A DNA stretch of 64,000 nt from the NCBI GenBank assembly GCA_013239625.1, contig MU054823.1:958305-1022304 (forward strand). The letters run 5' to 3'. Origin of the DNA: Lama guanicoe. Taxonomy: Eukaryota. The position numbers and the translations under genes are program-made. Below the pieces are notes generated by a model. The model worked only from the letters and a program-made list of their open reading frames with translations, made no database searches and was not told where the DNA came from. This document shows positions 1-29,847 of this stretch, in pieces (position 1 is the stretch's first letter; each line of letters starts with the position of its first letter).

Positions 1-745
1 CGGCTGCTGACCCATAAAGAGCTCCTCGGAGTGACAGCGGTGCCCCTGCGAGCGGAGGCCACCGGGCCACATTTACTGTCTAACCTCCTAAAGAGAAATC
101 TTGCTGACCCCGGTGTGGGTCTGTCAGCTAGTGGACAGATGGGGGAGTGGGCACAGGACTTCTGTCTGTCCCGTTGGCGCCTACGCCCATCTGCTGCTAG
201 CTCAGCACCTGTGGCACTTCTTGGGTGAATTCACTCGTACTGTTATGGTCGCCATGCAGTGGTTCTCAGGTTCAGCCATCCCCCAACGCCTGGGCTGGCA
301 TTCTGCTGAGAGGAGACCTGTGTTCTCCCCATTCGCCTCACTGGCTTGGTCACATCAGTCTGGGCTTGTGGGTCTGCTCTGGGACAGCCCTCAGCTCCAG
401 ACCTCAGGTCCCAGTCTGAGTGCAGAGGCGGCGGGACCCAGTGTGTGGGCATGTCCACAGCCATGACAGCTGTGCTGGCTCCTGGGTACTACTGAGCGTT
501 TGCAACGACTGAAAAGAACATGCCTGCTTGTCAGGGCCTGGGTGCCAGTCAGTGCGTGTTCAGGGCCTTCGGGCTGGTGTGGGTGTGGGCTGCCTGTTCT
601 GTGGACCAGGAGCTCAGGTTGACTTGCTGGCAACACTGTCCCGAGAGCCCAGCAGGCCCCCCGCACCAGGTGCTCCCATTGGTCCAAGGGGCTGGTGGGG
701 CCTGAGACAAGTGCCTACTGGGGCTGAGGGCACCTCTGCCGGCAG

Positions 746-3114
746 GTCTTTGAGGGTCGGCCTGCAGATCTCCCTGGACTACTGGTGGTGCACAAATGTC
801 GTCCTGCGAGGGGTAGAAGAGGTTTGTCCCTGCGTCCTGGCCTGGCTGGGCCTGTCTGTGGAGGCAGTGGGGGTGGGGGTGTCCTGGAGGAGTTGGGGGT
901 GGAGGACCGAGGAGGTACCTGCCTGCCCCCATCCCTTCCTCCACACCTGTGGTCAGAACAGCCCGGGGTACCTGGAGGTGATGTCTGCGTGTCACCAGCG
1001 GGCAGCCGACGCCCTGGTGGCTGGGGCCATCAGCAATGGGGGCCTTTATGTGAAGCTGGGCCAGGGGCTATGCTCCTTTAACCACCTGCTGCCCCCCGAG
1101 TACATCAAGACGTTGCGGGTGCTGGAGGACAGGGCTCTCACACGTGGCTTTCAGGAGGTGAGCACTGCTCTTGGGAGAGGAGAGGTTGGGAGGTGGGGAC
1201 CCCCACGCTGCTCCAAGACCACTCTCCTGCCAGGTGGACGAGCTATTCCTTGAGGACTTCCAGGCCCCACCCCACGAGCTCTTCCAGGAGTTTGACTACC
1301 AGCCCGTCGCCGCAGCGAGCCTGGCCCAGGTGCACCGCGCCACCCTGCACGATGGCACTGCTGTGGCCGTGAAGGTACGCGGGCAGCCGGGCACCACGTT
1401 GGGCACCGGGCCCTGGCGGTGGCCCTGCCTGCAGCCTCCCCCTGCAGGTGCAGTACATCGACCTGCGGGACCGCTTCGACGGCGACATCCACACCCTGGA
1501 GCTCCTGCTCCGGCTCGTGGAGCTCATGCACCCCAGCTTCGGCTTCAGCTGGGTCCTGCAGGTACCCTGGGGTCCTGCCTGGGCGGCGGTGGGCTGGCTC
1601 CCAACCCAGACCCCTGACTACCCATTGTGGCCACCAGGACCTGAAGGGGACCCTGGCCCAGGAGCTGGACTTTGAGAACGAGGGCCGCAACGCTGAGCGC
1701 TGTGCGCAGGAGCTGCAGCACTTCCGCTACGTGGTGGTGCCCCGCGTGCACTGGGACACATCTAGCAAGGTGGGCTGGGCCCCTCCCGGGCGGGGGGTGC
1801 TCGGACCTGCTGAGCTCAGGCTCCTGTTCTCCCCCAGCGTGTGCTGACTGCGGAATTCTGCGAGGGCTGCAAGGTCAACGACGTGGAGGCCATCAAGACC
1901 ATGGGGCTGGCGGTGCAGGACGTGCGTGCTGTGCCTGGGGGGAGGGGTACCCAGGCTGGGGGCGGGGTGCCCACGTGCCAGGTGACAGCAGCCCACCTGC
2001 CCCGCCCCAGGTCGCAGCGAAGCTGATCCAGGCTTTCGCCGAGCAGATATTTTATACGGGCTTCATCCACTCCGACCCCCACCCTGGCAACAGTAAGACA
2101 GCCCTGGGGCGGGGGGTCAGATCAGGAGGCAGGGCGCGGTGGCGTAAGCCCACGTGCCATGTCCCTAGTTCTGGTGCGGAAAGGCCCGGATGGGAAGGCC
2201 GAGCTGGTGCTGCTGGACCACGGGCTGTACCAGTTTCTGGATGAGAAGTGAGCTGGGGGCCGGGGGTAGGGGGGTACTTTCCCCCACTGCTGGGCTTTCC
2301 AGCCCTGGCTCACGGCTGGGCCCCCACAGGGACCGGTCCGCCCTTTGCCAGCTGTGGAGAGCCATCATTCTGAGGGACGAGGCTGCCATGAAGACACACG
2401 CAGCCGCACTCGGTGTGCAAGGTGAGGCCGGGGGCAGGTGTGAGGCATGTAGGGTGCGCAGCCCTGGCTCAGGCCCCCCCCCAGACTACTTCCTGTTCTC
2501 CGAGGTGCTTATGCAGCGGCCTGTGCGCCTGGGGCAGCTGTGGCGCTCACACCTGCTGAGCCACAAGGAGGCGGCCTACATGCAGGACATGGCGCGGGAG
2601 CACTTCGAGGACATCATGGCTGTGCTCAAGGCCCTGCCGCGCTCCATGCTACTTGTGCTGCGCAATGTCAACACCGTGCGCGCCATCAACACTGCCCTGG
2701 GTGCCCCTGTTGACCGCTACTTCCTCATGGCCAAGAGGTGGGGGCCAGGGAGCCGGGGTGGGGGGCAGGGCCAGGGGCCCGGCCGCGCTGACTGTGTCTC
2801 TGTGCAGTGCGGTCAGGGGCTGGAGCCGCCTGGTGGATGCAGGATACCAGAATGTCTACGGTGCCAGTGTTCTGCGCCACATCAGGGTCGTGTGGGAGAC
2901 CTTCAAGTTTGAAGTGGCCCTGAGGTGAGCCAGTGGGCCGGGGGCCAGCAGGCAGGGGACCAGGGCCCACTCCCCACCATCCTACAATGCCATGACCCAC
3001 CATCCCAGGCTGGAGACCTTGTCGATGCGGCTCACTGCCTTCCTGGTTCGAGTCCTGGTCCACCTGGGCCTCATGCCCAAAACCGAAGGGCTGTTTGAGT
3101 ACCTGGAGACCTAG
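746..3114 (+). CDS. ADCK5: AarF domain-containing kinase 5 (UbiB/ABC1 atypical kinase), 3' part; N-terminal exons lie upstream of the window
   Basis: Spliced exons 746-821, 957-1157, 1234-1374, 1448-1561, 1638-1769, 1838-1921, 2011-2092, 2169-2247, 2330-2421, 2485-2737, 2808-2924, 3009-3114 (TAG), all GT-AG. UbiB-family motifs: YVKLGQ (KxGQ), [11 protein letters not shown] (A-rich loop), [19 protein letters not shown]. Synteny next to CPSF1. Confidence 0.95.
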
Positions 3115-3269
3115 GGAGCCTGGGACAGGAGGACTGCAGAGCTCGCCGGGCCGCGGGCTGACTAGGCTGGCTGGGCCAGAGGCGTGGATACCCAAGACCT
3201 GAGTGCACTGGAATGACCGGGGCTGTGCAATGACACATGCTCTTTTCAAATCAAACAAATGTCTTTCTT

Positions 3270-3285
3270 TGTATTTTGTACAAAA
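3270..3285 (-). terminator. Candidate CPSF1 terminal poly(A) signal: variant AATACA preceded by UUUUGUA
   Basis: The minus strand reads TTTTTGTACAAAATACAAA about 35-50 nt after the CPSF1 stop. No AATAAA or ATTAAA lies between the two convergent stop codons. Confidence 0.55.
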
Positions 3286-3317
3286 AGGGGGTGGGAGAAG
3301 TGGCAGTATCTGGGGCT

Positions 3318-17777
<14,460 letters not shown>

Positions 17778-20058
17778 GGCGCCGAACCGGGGCTGCACGG
17801 GGTCGCAGGCGACCGGATGAGCGGAGCCGCCCGCGCACCACCCCGGGCCGGCCCGGCGTTCCCCGCCTCCCGCCCGCGCGCGCGCGCCGCCCACCTGGCT
17901 GTTGGAGCGGGCTCGCGGGGGACCGGCACGGCGGCGAACACTGCCCGGCCAGCCCGGAAGCCGCGCGCCAAGGTTCCGGGCTCCTGCGCCTGCGCAGCGC
18001 CGCCACGGCGCCCCGGCCGTGGGAGCGACAGCGGCCCCTGGTGGCCGGGGGCGGCCTCGCGGCTCCGCTCCCAGAGCCCCGCGATCCCGAGCTCGCTAGA
18101 AATCCAGGGCCCCACCGCGGGGGAACGCCGAAGCGAGCTGGGAGCCGGACGGAGTGAGGCGGCTCAGGGCCGGCGGGCCGGGGTCCTTCCCACCCCGGGA
18201 CCCCACGATGGATTCCCCGTGGAGGGTCTCGCCCGCAGGAAGAGGCGAGGTCTTTCCCGCACCACGTTCACGTGTGCGAGGCGTCCCGCCAGGTGCCGGC
18301 GCCCGGCTCAGCCAGGAGAGCCACGCAGTACGGAGCCGGGAGCGAGGAGACCCCCGGACACAAACACGCGACAAATTATGCTCCAGCAAGTGCCGGAGGC
18401 CCGACTAATCCAGAGCTGGGGAGAGCTTCCTGGAGAGGTGCCACGTCCCGTCTCCGCTGTGTTCCCTCCACAAAACGGTTCCCCTACCACCACCAAAACA
18501 CGCGTTGACTACCCGCGGCCCTGCCTGGCACTGGCCGCCACGTATTTGCCGGTGGTGCGGCTGGCCCCTCTCCCAGCGCTTTTCGCGTCTTCCCCACTGA
18601 TCCCTCTCCAGACCTGGCACAGCTGCCCACTTAGAGGACCCTGGAGCCAGGACCACGCCCAGCTCAGCAGACCTCTCCTCACTTGGCAGGGATTCACCCT
18701 AAATACCCTCAGACAGGTCTGGGATTTAGAAACAGAATCTTAAGAAATAAAACAAATAAAAAGGTATAGTCACACCCAAGAAAATGGCATAGAAATATGT
18801 GTTTATGTCACATCCTAATTCTGCCCACTTGCTCATGTCAGCAACAAGACCTCCAGTCTGGACACTTGATGGGCAGGCCAAGGGTCACTTGGATGCCCAG
18901 ACAGGTGTGTGACCCGTGAACTACATGAAGCCCCTTTAAAAATCAAAACAAAAACTAACTGTAGTCAGAACCACCGTGAGGACCTGCTGGAGGAGGCAGC
19001 AGGGCAGAGCTGGGCCGTGGCCTGGACACTGACTTTCCACATCCAAGACACACAGACAGTCATGGCTCCCACATCACAGGCACCTGTGATGAAAAAGTCA
19101 GTCACCACAGGACCCCCAGCCTCGAGCCTGGCACACGGCAAATGCCCTAACAAACGGATGAGAGTTTGTCTGTGGGAGAGAGGGGGTCAGTGCAGACAGC
19201 CAGAGATGCTGAAGGAGCACAGTCCTGGGAGGAGCAACAACGAGCAGGATATAGCTCTGTCCCAGTCAGAGCAGAGGGGAAGGTGGGCAGAGGGGCTGGG
19301 AGGTCGTAGGGCTGGCAGTGGGAAGGCAGATGTGGGCCTGTCTGGCGGGTCTGCTTCTTCAGTGGGAAACTAGAGGAGGCCGTCAGCAGAAGTGGTGGCT
19401 TGAAGTTGCTGGAAGGAGACCGTGATGGGCTGGAAGGTGATCTATGGCTGGGGAGGGTGTGATGAGGCTGCCAGTCCAAGCCCTGGCAGCTTCAGGTACT
19501 TAGCTCCACCATTCAGAGGGCCTTGTCCTCCAAAAGACAGTGGAGTTCTCCCTCGGCCCCTGCAGCTTGGGTCCCCACTACAGTCCAGGCTACACCCCCA
19601 ATATGTCCCTGGGGCAGCACTGTACTGGGAGCTGGTGGTTTTCTGCATCTTCCTTCACGCCAGGCCATCTCTGCGTGTCCAGTGTTGTGGGCTGGTTTTA
19701 CAAGGGAGGTGGTAATTCCCAGACTCTTCTTACAGGGTTGGTGAAGATTCTAGAAGAATCAGCATCTCGTGGAGAGGCTAGGGCAGCTGGCCACCTGTGT
19801 CAGGCCAGGGAGCTCTCAGACATGGTCCTTCCTGCCCATTTGCCTCAGATTCCTGGCAGGTGGCAGCTACCTGCTTTCAGCCCAAGTGGACCTAATGGAG
19901 TGTAAGTCTGCCTGCCACTCTCCTGCTCTTGTGCCAGTGCTATTGGGTGAACAAAAGGCTGAATCTCACATCCCCTGGGCCCTTACTGCTTTTGCTCTTT
20001 CCTCTTAGCTCCTTTCTGCTACCTGGAGGGCGCCTGTGATAGCTAATGCCCATGAGAG

Positions 20059-20475
20059 CTGTTATGGATTGAACTGTATCCTTCAAAAAGATATATTGAA
20101 AACCTAACCCACAGTACCTCAAAATGTAACTGTAACTGAAAAAATAGGATCATTACAGATGGAATTAGTTAAGATGAAGTCACGCTGGAGTAAGGTGAGC
20201 CAGGAATCTAACATGATGTCCTGGTGTTCTTTTGAGAAGAGAAGAGACAGACACAAGAGGGTCATGTGAAGACCGAGGCAGAGAATGGGGTTATGTTGCC
20301 ACAACAAGCCGAGGACACCCGAGGCCACCAGAAGCCAGGAAAAGATCATGTAACAGATTCTCCCCTGGAGGCTTCAGAGTGAGCATAGCCTGCTGACACA
20401 TTGATTTCAGGCTTCTGCCTCCAGACTGGGAGAGAATTAACTTCTATTGTCTTAAGGCACCCAGTTTGTGGTGGG
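20059..20475 (+). mobile_element. MaLR LTR (MLT1-type)
   Basis: Starts tgttatggattgaactgtatcc...aacccacagtacctcaaaatgtaact...agttaagatgaag and ends ...cagactgggagagaattaacttctattgtcttaaggcacccagtttgtggt, as typical of MLT1. Confidence 0.75.
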
Positions 20476-20976
20476 CTGTGCGAGTCCTCTCCTAGAGGAA
20501 GAGTTCCCTAGGAAACTATCCCAAGGGAACTCTGAAATGGACACTTCCACTGAGGACAGTGGAGCAGAGCCAGTAGAGGCCTGGGCCCTACTGACCATGG
20601 GCTGCCACACACTCCGGTCTGATTATCTCCAGGCCCGTTTTTCATGAGAGAGAAAAAAGCCCTCATCAGCGTAAGGATGGCTGGTTGTTTTGTGGTTTTT
20701 CCTGCTATACGTAAACAAGTTTGATTCCTGACTGGACACCAGGTACTACCTGCTGCCCACAGAAGCCGGCCAATTTCTCTAACTTTGCTCCCCAGGCAGG
20801 GTCTCCACATTACAGACTAGGGGCACTAGGGCTGGCTGCCTGGAGGTCCCTGAGCAGTTATCCTGGCTCTTCTTCAGGCAACAGGCACCGCTCTGGGGAG
20901 AGAGGGAGCCAAGAAAGGTGGGAGACCTTTCCCTCTGAGCAAGGAGAGCAGGCTACACTCCAAGAACAAGAATGTC

Positions 20977-20982
20977 TTTATT
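20977..20982 (-). terminator. SLC39A4 poly(A) signal AATAAA
   Basis: tttatt on + strand about 170 nt after the stop, followed on the minus strand by U/GU-rich ttcttgttcttggagtgt. Confidence 0.85.
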
Positions 20983-21153
20983 GAAGCTGGGCACTGTGGC
21001 CTGGGGGAGGGAGACTCTCAAAGGCTTGGGGTTATCGGGGTACCTGGCTGGCCACAGGCGTGGCTACACGTTGGGTGTGGCTGCCACTTCTAAGAGTCTG
21101 AGATAATCCAGGGCCAGGGGCCAGAGTCAAGGGCCAAAAGCGGGGCAGAGGTG

Positions 21154-25525
<4,372 letters not shown>

Positions 25526-25720
25526 GCTGCAGCCCCTGAGTCCTCCTGCTTTGGGGTGGCTGTGTGCACCAGGGCTGCCTGGTGCCGGACTGGGGCTGGG
25601 CTGGGCTGGGACCCGCCCGGCCCCGGCACGAGGATCTCCGCAGGCATTTCCCGCAGGGCTCTGTGATTGGCTGCCAGAGTCGTTGTGGGTTAACCATTCC
25701 AGCGGCAGGTCCTCCCTAGA
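25526..25720 (-). promoter_or_regulatory. SLC39A4 proximal promoter and 5'UTR
   Basis: GC box/KLF-type gggcggg (about 25612-25618), CCAAT box (gattgg about 25665-25670) and a weak HNF1-like ggttaaccatt (about 25688-25698) just upstream of the ATG. Confidence 0.55.
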
Positions 25721-25823
25721 GTGTGGAGCTGCTGTCCTGGGGGGCGATAGCTGGGCCCCTTCTGGATGGGGCGGCCCTCCAGGACTGTGGGACAGGGCCG
25801 CCCCTCTGCTCCCCCAAGGGTCT

Positions 25824-26432
25824 TGTTACTGGACAGGAGTTTGTGTGTCTGATGCACCATGAGGCCAAAGAGACCGAAACATTGCAGGGCCGAGCAAAGG
25901 AGAACAGGCGGCTAGTGCTCAAAAACGCTGAAGTCCCCTCCCCGGCGGTTTTGGGGGAGTTTTTAATAGGCAGAATTTGGGTGAGGGCTGCAGGGTGGGT
26001 AAATGGGAGTCAACAGGGCAGGGCTCGAGGACTTTGTGCTCAGCCTAAAGGTACCATCCTCCACCTGGATGGGGGCCTCAGTTCCTGGAACGGGGGACCC
26101 TGCCCTAAGGCTGCGCTTCTTGAACGCTCCTCCTTTGGTTTCTGCATTCCTTACTTCCCTGATTAGCAACTGTTTGAATCTGCCCTTAGAAGTCGCAGAA
26201 GTTCTTAAGAGGCTGAATAAAGCCTATTTACTACAAACAAATGCAGGGACTGGAAAGGATTTGTACTCAGGAGGGCCCCAGGGGGTCCTGCTCAGTTTCA
26301 GTCCCCTCCTTTCTCTGACACTCCTCTGTCTTGAGGAGCACAGGTATGGGACAAGACAAGGAATAATGTTGAGGATGGAGAGGCTCAGCATAAACTTGGC
26401 AGAGGAACTCGATTTGAGGGAGACTCAGTTCA
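25824..26432 (-). mobile_element. ERV1-type LTR (MER41-like), directly upstream of SLC39A4
   Basis: TG...CA termini (tgttac at 25824; gtcctgctcagtttca ending 26300), with a purine-rich PPT-like tract on the minus strand beyond 26300. Family assignment is from recalled consensus only. Confidence 0.55.
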
Positions 26433-27699
26433 TCTGGGTGCTGCTCCCCATGGCCCTCTCTCCAGGGGCTGCCCCCAAGCCAGGGGGGCCTGGGGTGGAG
26501 ATTTGTGGAAACCACCACAAGGCCCCAACTCCACTCCCGCCAGCAGCCTTCCCTGCAGGGCCTCCTGGCTCCAGCAGCTTAAACACTCCCAGAGCCTCAA
26601 GGCCCTCCTTGGGGGTGGGGCCCTCCCCTCCTGGGCTGTGGTCCATGTTGGAATGCACTGGAATCCGAGGCAATCTCGGTTAGGTGCTGGCCAGGCTCCC
26701 CCTGCAAACCCTCCAGGGGAGATTCCCTGGGAAATGGCCAAAGCCCTCCACCTGGAGCCTGGGCTGTCTGCGTGCACCTCCCGGCCCACCAGCTGGTGCC
26801 AGGTGAGTGGCCCCTGGGCTCCAAGGACAGGAGTGGGGCCAGCCAGGCTCTGAGCTCTAGGGCTGGGCCCTGCCCCTCCCTGCTGCCTCCCGCTCTGGCC
26901 TTTGAACTCCCAGGCCTTATCTCTGCCCAGCTGGCAGTCTAGGGAAAGGGGCAGACCCCAGGGAGACGGCTGACATCCCAACGCAGGTCTCTGCGAAGCC
27001 TCGTCTTCTAGAGGGAGTGTGTGGGCGGCCCCTTCTGCGCCTGGTTCAGTGGACCCCGGACCCTGAGCCTGTGGGGCGTGGTTGGGACAGGGGAGAAGCT
27101 CCAGGGACGTGGGGAGCCTGGGCTCCGAGGACTCTGTCCCTGTCGTCCGGTGGCATCCAGGGCAGGGCATCAGGCCGAGGACAGTGTCCCGGGCCTGGGT
27201 TCAGGTGGAGCTCCGGCCCGCCCCCCACATGCCGGAAGGCACTGCAGTATGATATCCGTGGGTTCTAAAGGGAAATTCGGGGAGGGGAAGGTACAAGCCC
27301 GCCAGGGGTTCAGATGAGGAGGTACAGATGATACCTGGCCCCTGGGTCAGTGAGGAGGGAAGCTGGAGAGATGATTCAGGCACCCTTCACACAGATCTGA
27401 AGACCATGGGCCCAGACTGGCTGGAGCTGGAGCCTCCGCTCCATTACTCAAGGCTGGCTTAGCGTCGGGGGAAAAGGCCTCAGCCCAGCCATTCAGCAGT
27501 CTTCCCAGGTCGCCAGGTGGAGGCCTGGCAGGCGGCCACGTGCCCTTGGGCTTTGGGGCACCTCTTTGCTGGCCTGCAGTTCTCCGCTCCGTGTCCCCCA
27601 CATCTCCCATCCTGTGCCCTCCTTCCTAGCCCAGAGCAGCCATCGAGAGTGGCACAGGCTCCCCGGCATGTCTGCCTGTCCCCGCCTGGTGCTGGGGTT

Positions 27700-28180
27700 G
27701 TCCCCAGGCCCCTCCGGCATCCAGCAAGAGCACTGCAATTGCTCCCGTTCTAAAACACACACCCCTGCTCACAGTCGCGTGTTCACGAGAGCCAGAGGAT
27801 GCAAGCAGCCAGGTGCCACCAGTGGGTAAACAAAATAGAGCCCACACATATGATGGAATACTCTCAAAAAAAAAAAGGAAATTCTGTCACACAGATGAAC
27901 CTTGAGGGCAAGATGCCGAGTGAAAAGAGCAGTCACAGAAGCACAAGCTGTATGGTTCTGTAAAGCCAGGGTGGAAAGGATGGTGGGCACCAGGGGCTGA
28001 GGGGTGGGCAGGAGTTGTTCGGTGGGGACAATTTTGGTTTGGAAGGATGAAAAGGCTCTGGAGGTGGATGGGACAACAGGTGCACAGAGCGCTTAATGCA
28101 CTTAATGCCACCGAGCTGAGATGTGTTTATCGTGCAAATTTTATGTTTTGTATATTTCATTGCAATAAAAAAATTAAAAT
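27700..28180 (+). mobile_element. L1M 3'-end fragment
   Basis: gggtaaacaaaat...atggaatact...atgaaccttgag...gagtgaaa...gtcacaga...atgttttgtatatttcattgcaataaaaaaattaaaa. Confidence 0.7.
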
Positions 28181-29718
28181 AGACCCAAACAGCCCTCCCT
28201 GGCCCTCTGCCCCCTCAGCTCCCTGCCAGCAGATTGGGGCACTCTGGCACTCGTCGGGTGGCCTCCCCTGCAGCCTCACTCGTCCACCCATGCCCTCCTG
28301 AAGGTCACCAAGAGCCTCATGGGTCAGACTTAGCAGTGCTTCTGCAGTCTCAGTCCACCTGGACCCCTGCCCTCCAAGCCTGGGGCCCCAGTCTGCTCCA
28401 CAGGCTCTGGTCGCCGGCTCTTTAGCTCCTGTGTTCATGTTTCTTTCCACAGCCTCCAAACACAGAAGTGCCAGTCCTGTACCTCGGGCAGAATTCCTGG
28501 CACCCAGGATAGGAGACCCCGGCCTTCACCCTTCTCTCTGGAACTCCAGCTTTTGACGTCCAGCTATGTGCACAACAGGCCCCCGTGATCACCTCAGAGC
28601 TCTGGCTCCCCAGGGGTCCATGTTGCAACGTGAGTTCTTCCGACCCCCAGGTGCTCAGGCCCAGGCTCACTATCGCTGCATCCAGCCCAGCACAGTCCAT
28701 GCCCGGAATCTGATGGGCCCTCTCCCTGCAGCCTGGGTACCATCTTTCCCTAGTAAAACACAAGTGAGATGGGGGCCTTTGCTGAGTACCTTGCTGGCAC
28801 CCAGGGCTCTCAGGTACCCTCCCTGGGGAACCAGGCTCACTCCTCATCCTTCTACTCAATGTTGAGAGGCTGTCCGTGACCACCCCACTGATAGCCTCCA
28901 ACCTCTTCTATCACCATCTGAAATAATATGCTTTATTTCACTGCCTCTAGAAGCCACAGACATCATGACGCACCACTAAGAAAACGAAAATGCTACAATG
29001 AAACTCTGGGATGTGCCTTATCCCAACACCATGGTTGCTAAAACATGAACCAACCCATCTTGGAACCCAGAGCCTTGGTCTCACGGTTGGCTGCTGTCCG
29101 CCCAGAGAATGAGAACGAGGACGAGAACATGAACACCACAGGGCAGGGCCGCTTTCAGCACTGACGGCAGCAGCCTTCGTAGCAGGTGCCTGGGAACTGG
29201 TGTTTGTTTCCCCACCAGGCTTCGGGCAAGGCCAGCCCAGGGGCTCCCATGGTGTCTACCAGCTGGGCCTGAGGGACACACTCAGCGGAGGGCAGGAGAA
29301 CACCCCACCACGAGTTATCAGCTGGGGCTCCTGTAAGCCACCGAACAAGGATGGGCCCCGCAGCAAAAGGTGTGAGGTGAGCTGACCTACGTGTCCTCCA
29401 GGGCACAGAGATGCAGGTGGGGCTATGGCCATACCTTCCAGCCTGGGCAGTGCAGCAGCCTCTGCACCCAGCTGGCCGGGCCTCCAATAAGCTGCCAAAG
29501 CTCTCAGGTGGGGTGTGGGGAGGCAGGAGTGGCCAACAGACTCAAGCCATCCTGGCCTGGGGGAGGCTCACGCACCAGGGAGGCTGCTGCCCCTAAACTA
29601 CTGCGCAGAACCTACGCACTCCAGGCCGGCAGGGTCCCGGGGCCCCCAGGGCAGACAGCCACGCAAGGCGGACCTTGGGGGAGAGCCGCCCACACCCGCA
29701 GGGAAGTCAGAAAGCATC

Positions 29719-29724
29719 TTTATT
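29719..29724 (-). terminator. VPS28 poly(A) signal AATAAA
   Basis: tttatt about 125 nt downstream of the VPS28 stop. Confidence 0.85.
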
Positions 29725-29847
29725 GTGGGGACGGGGCTCCAGGTTAGAGACCACGGACAGACACACTTGACGGGGCTGCTGTGGACAGAGAGACATTGCA
29801 GACGTCCGGGGGATGCCGGAACCTTCTCGGCGCAGGGAGGCGCAGGC

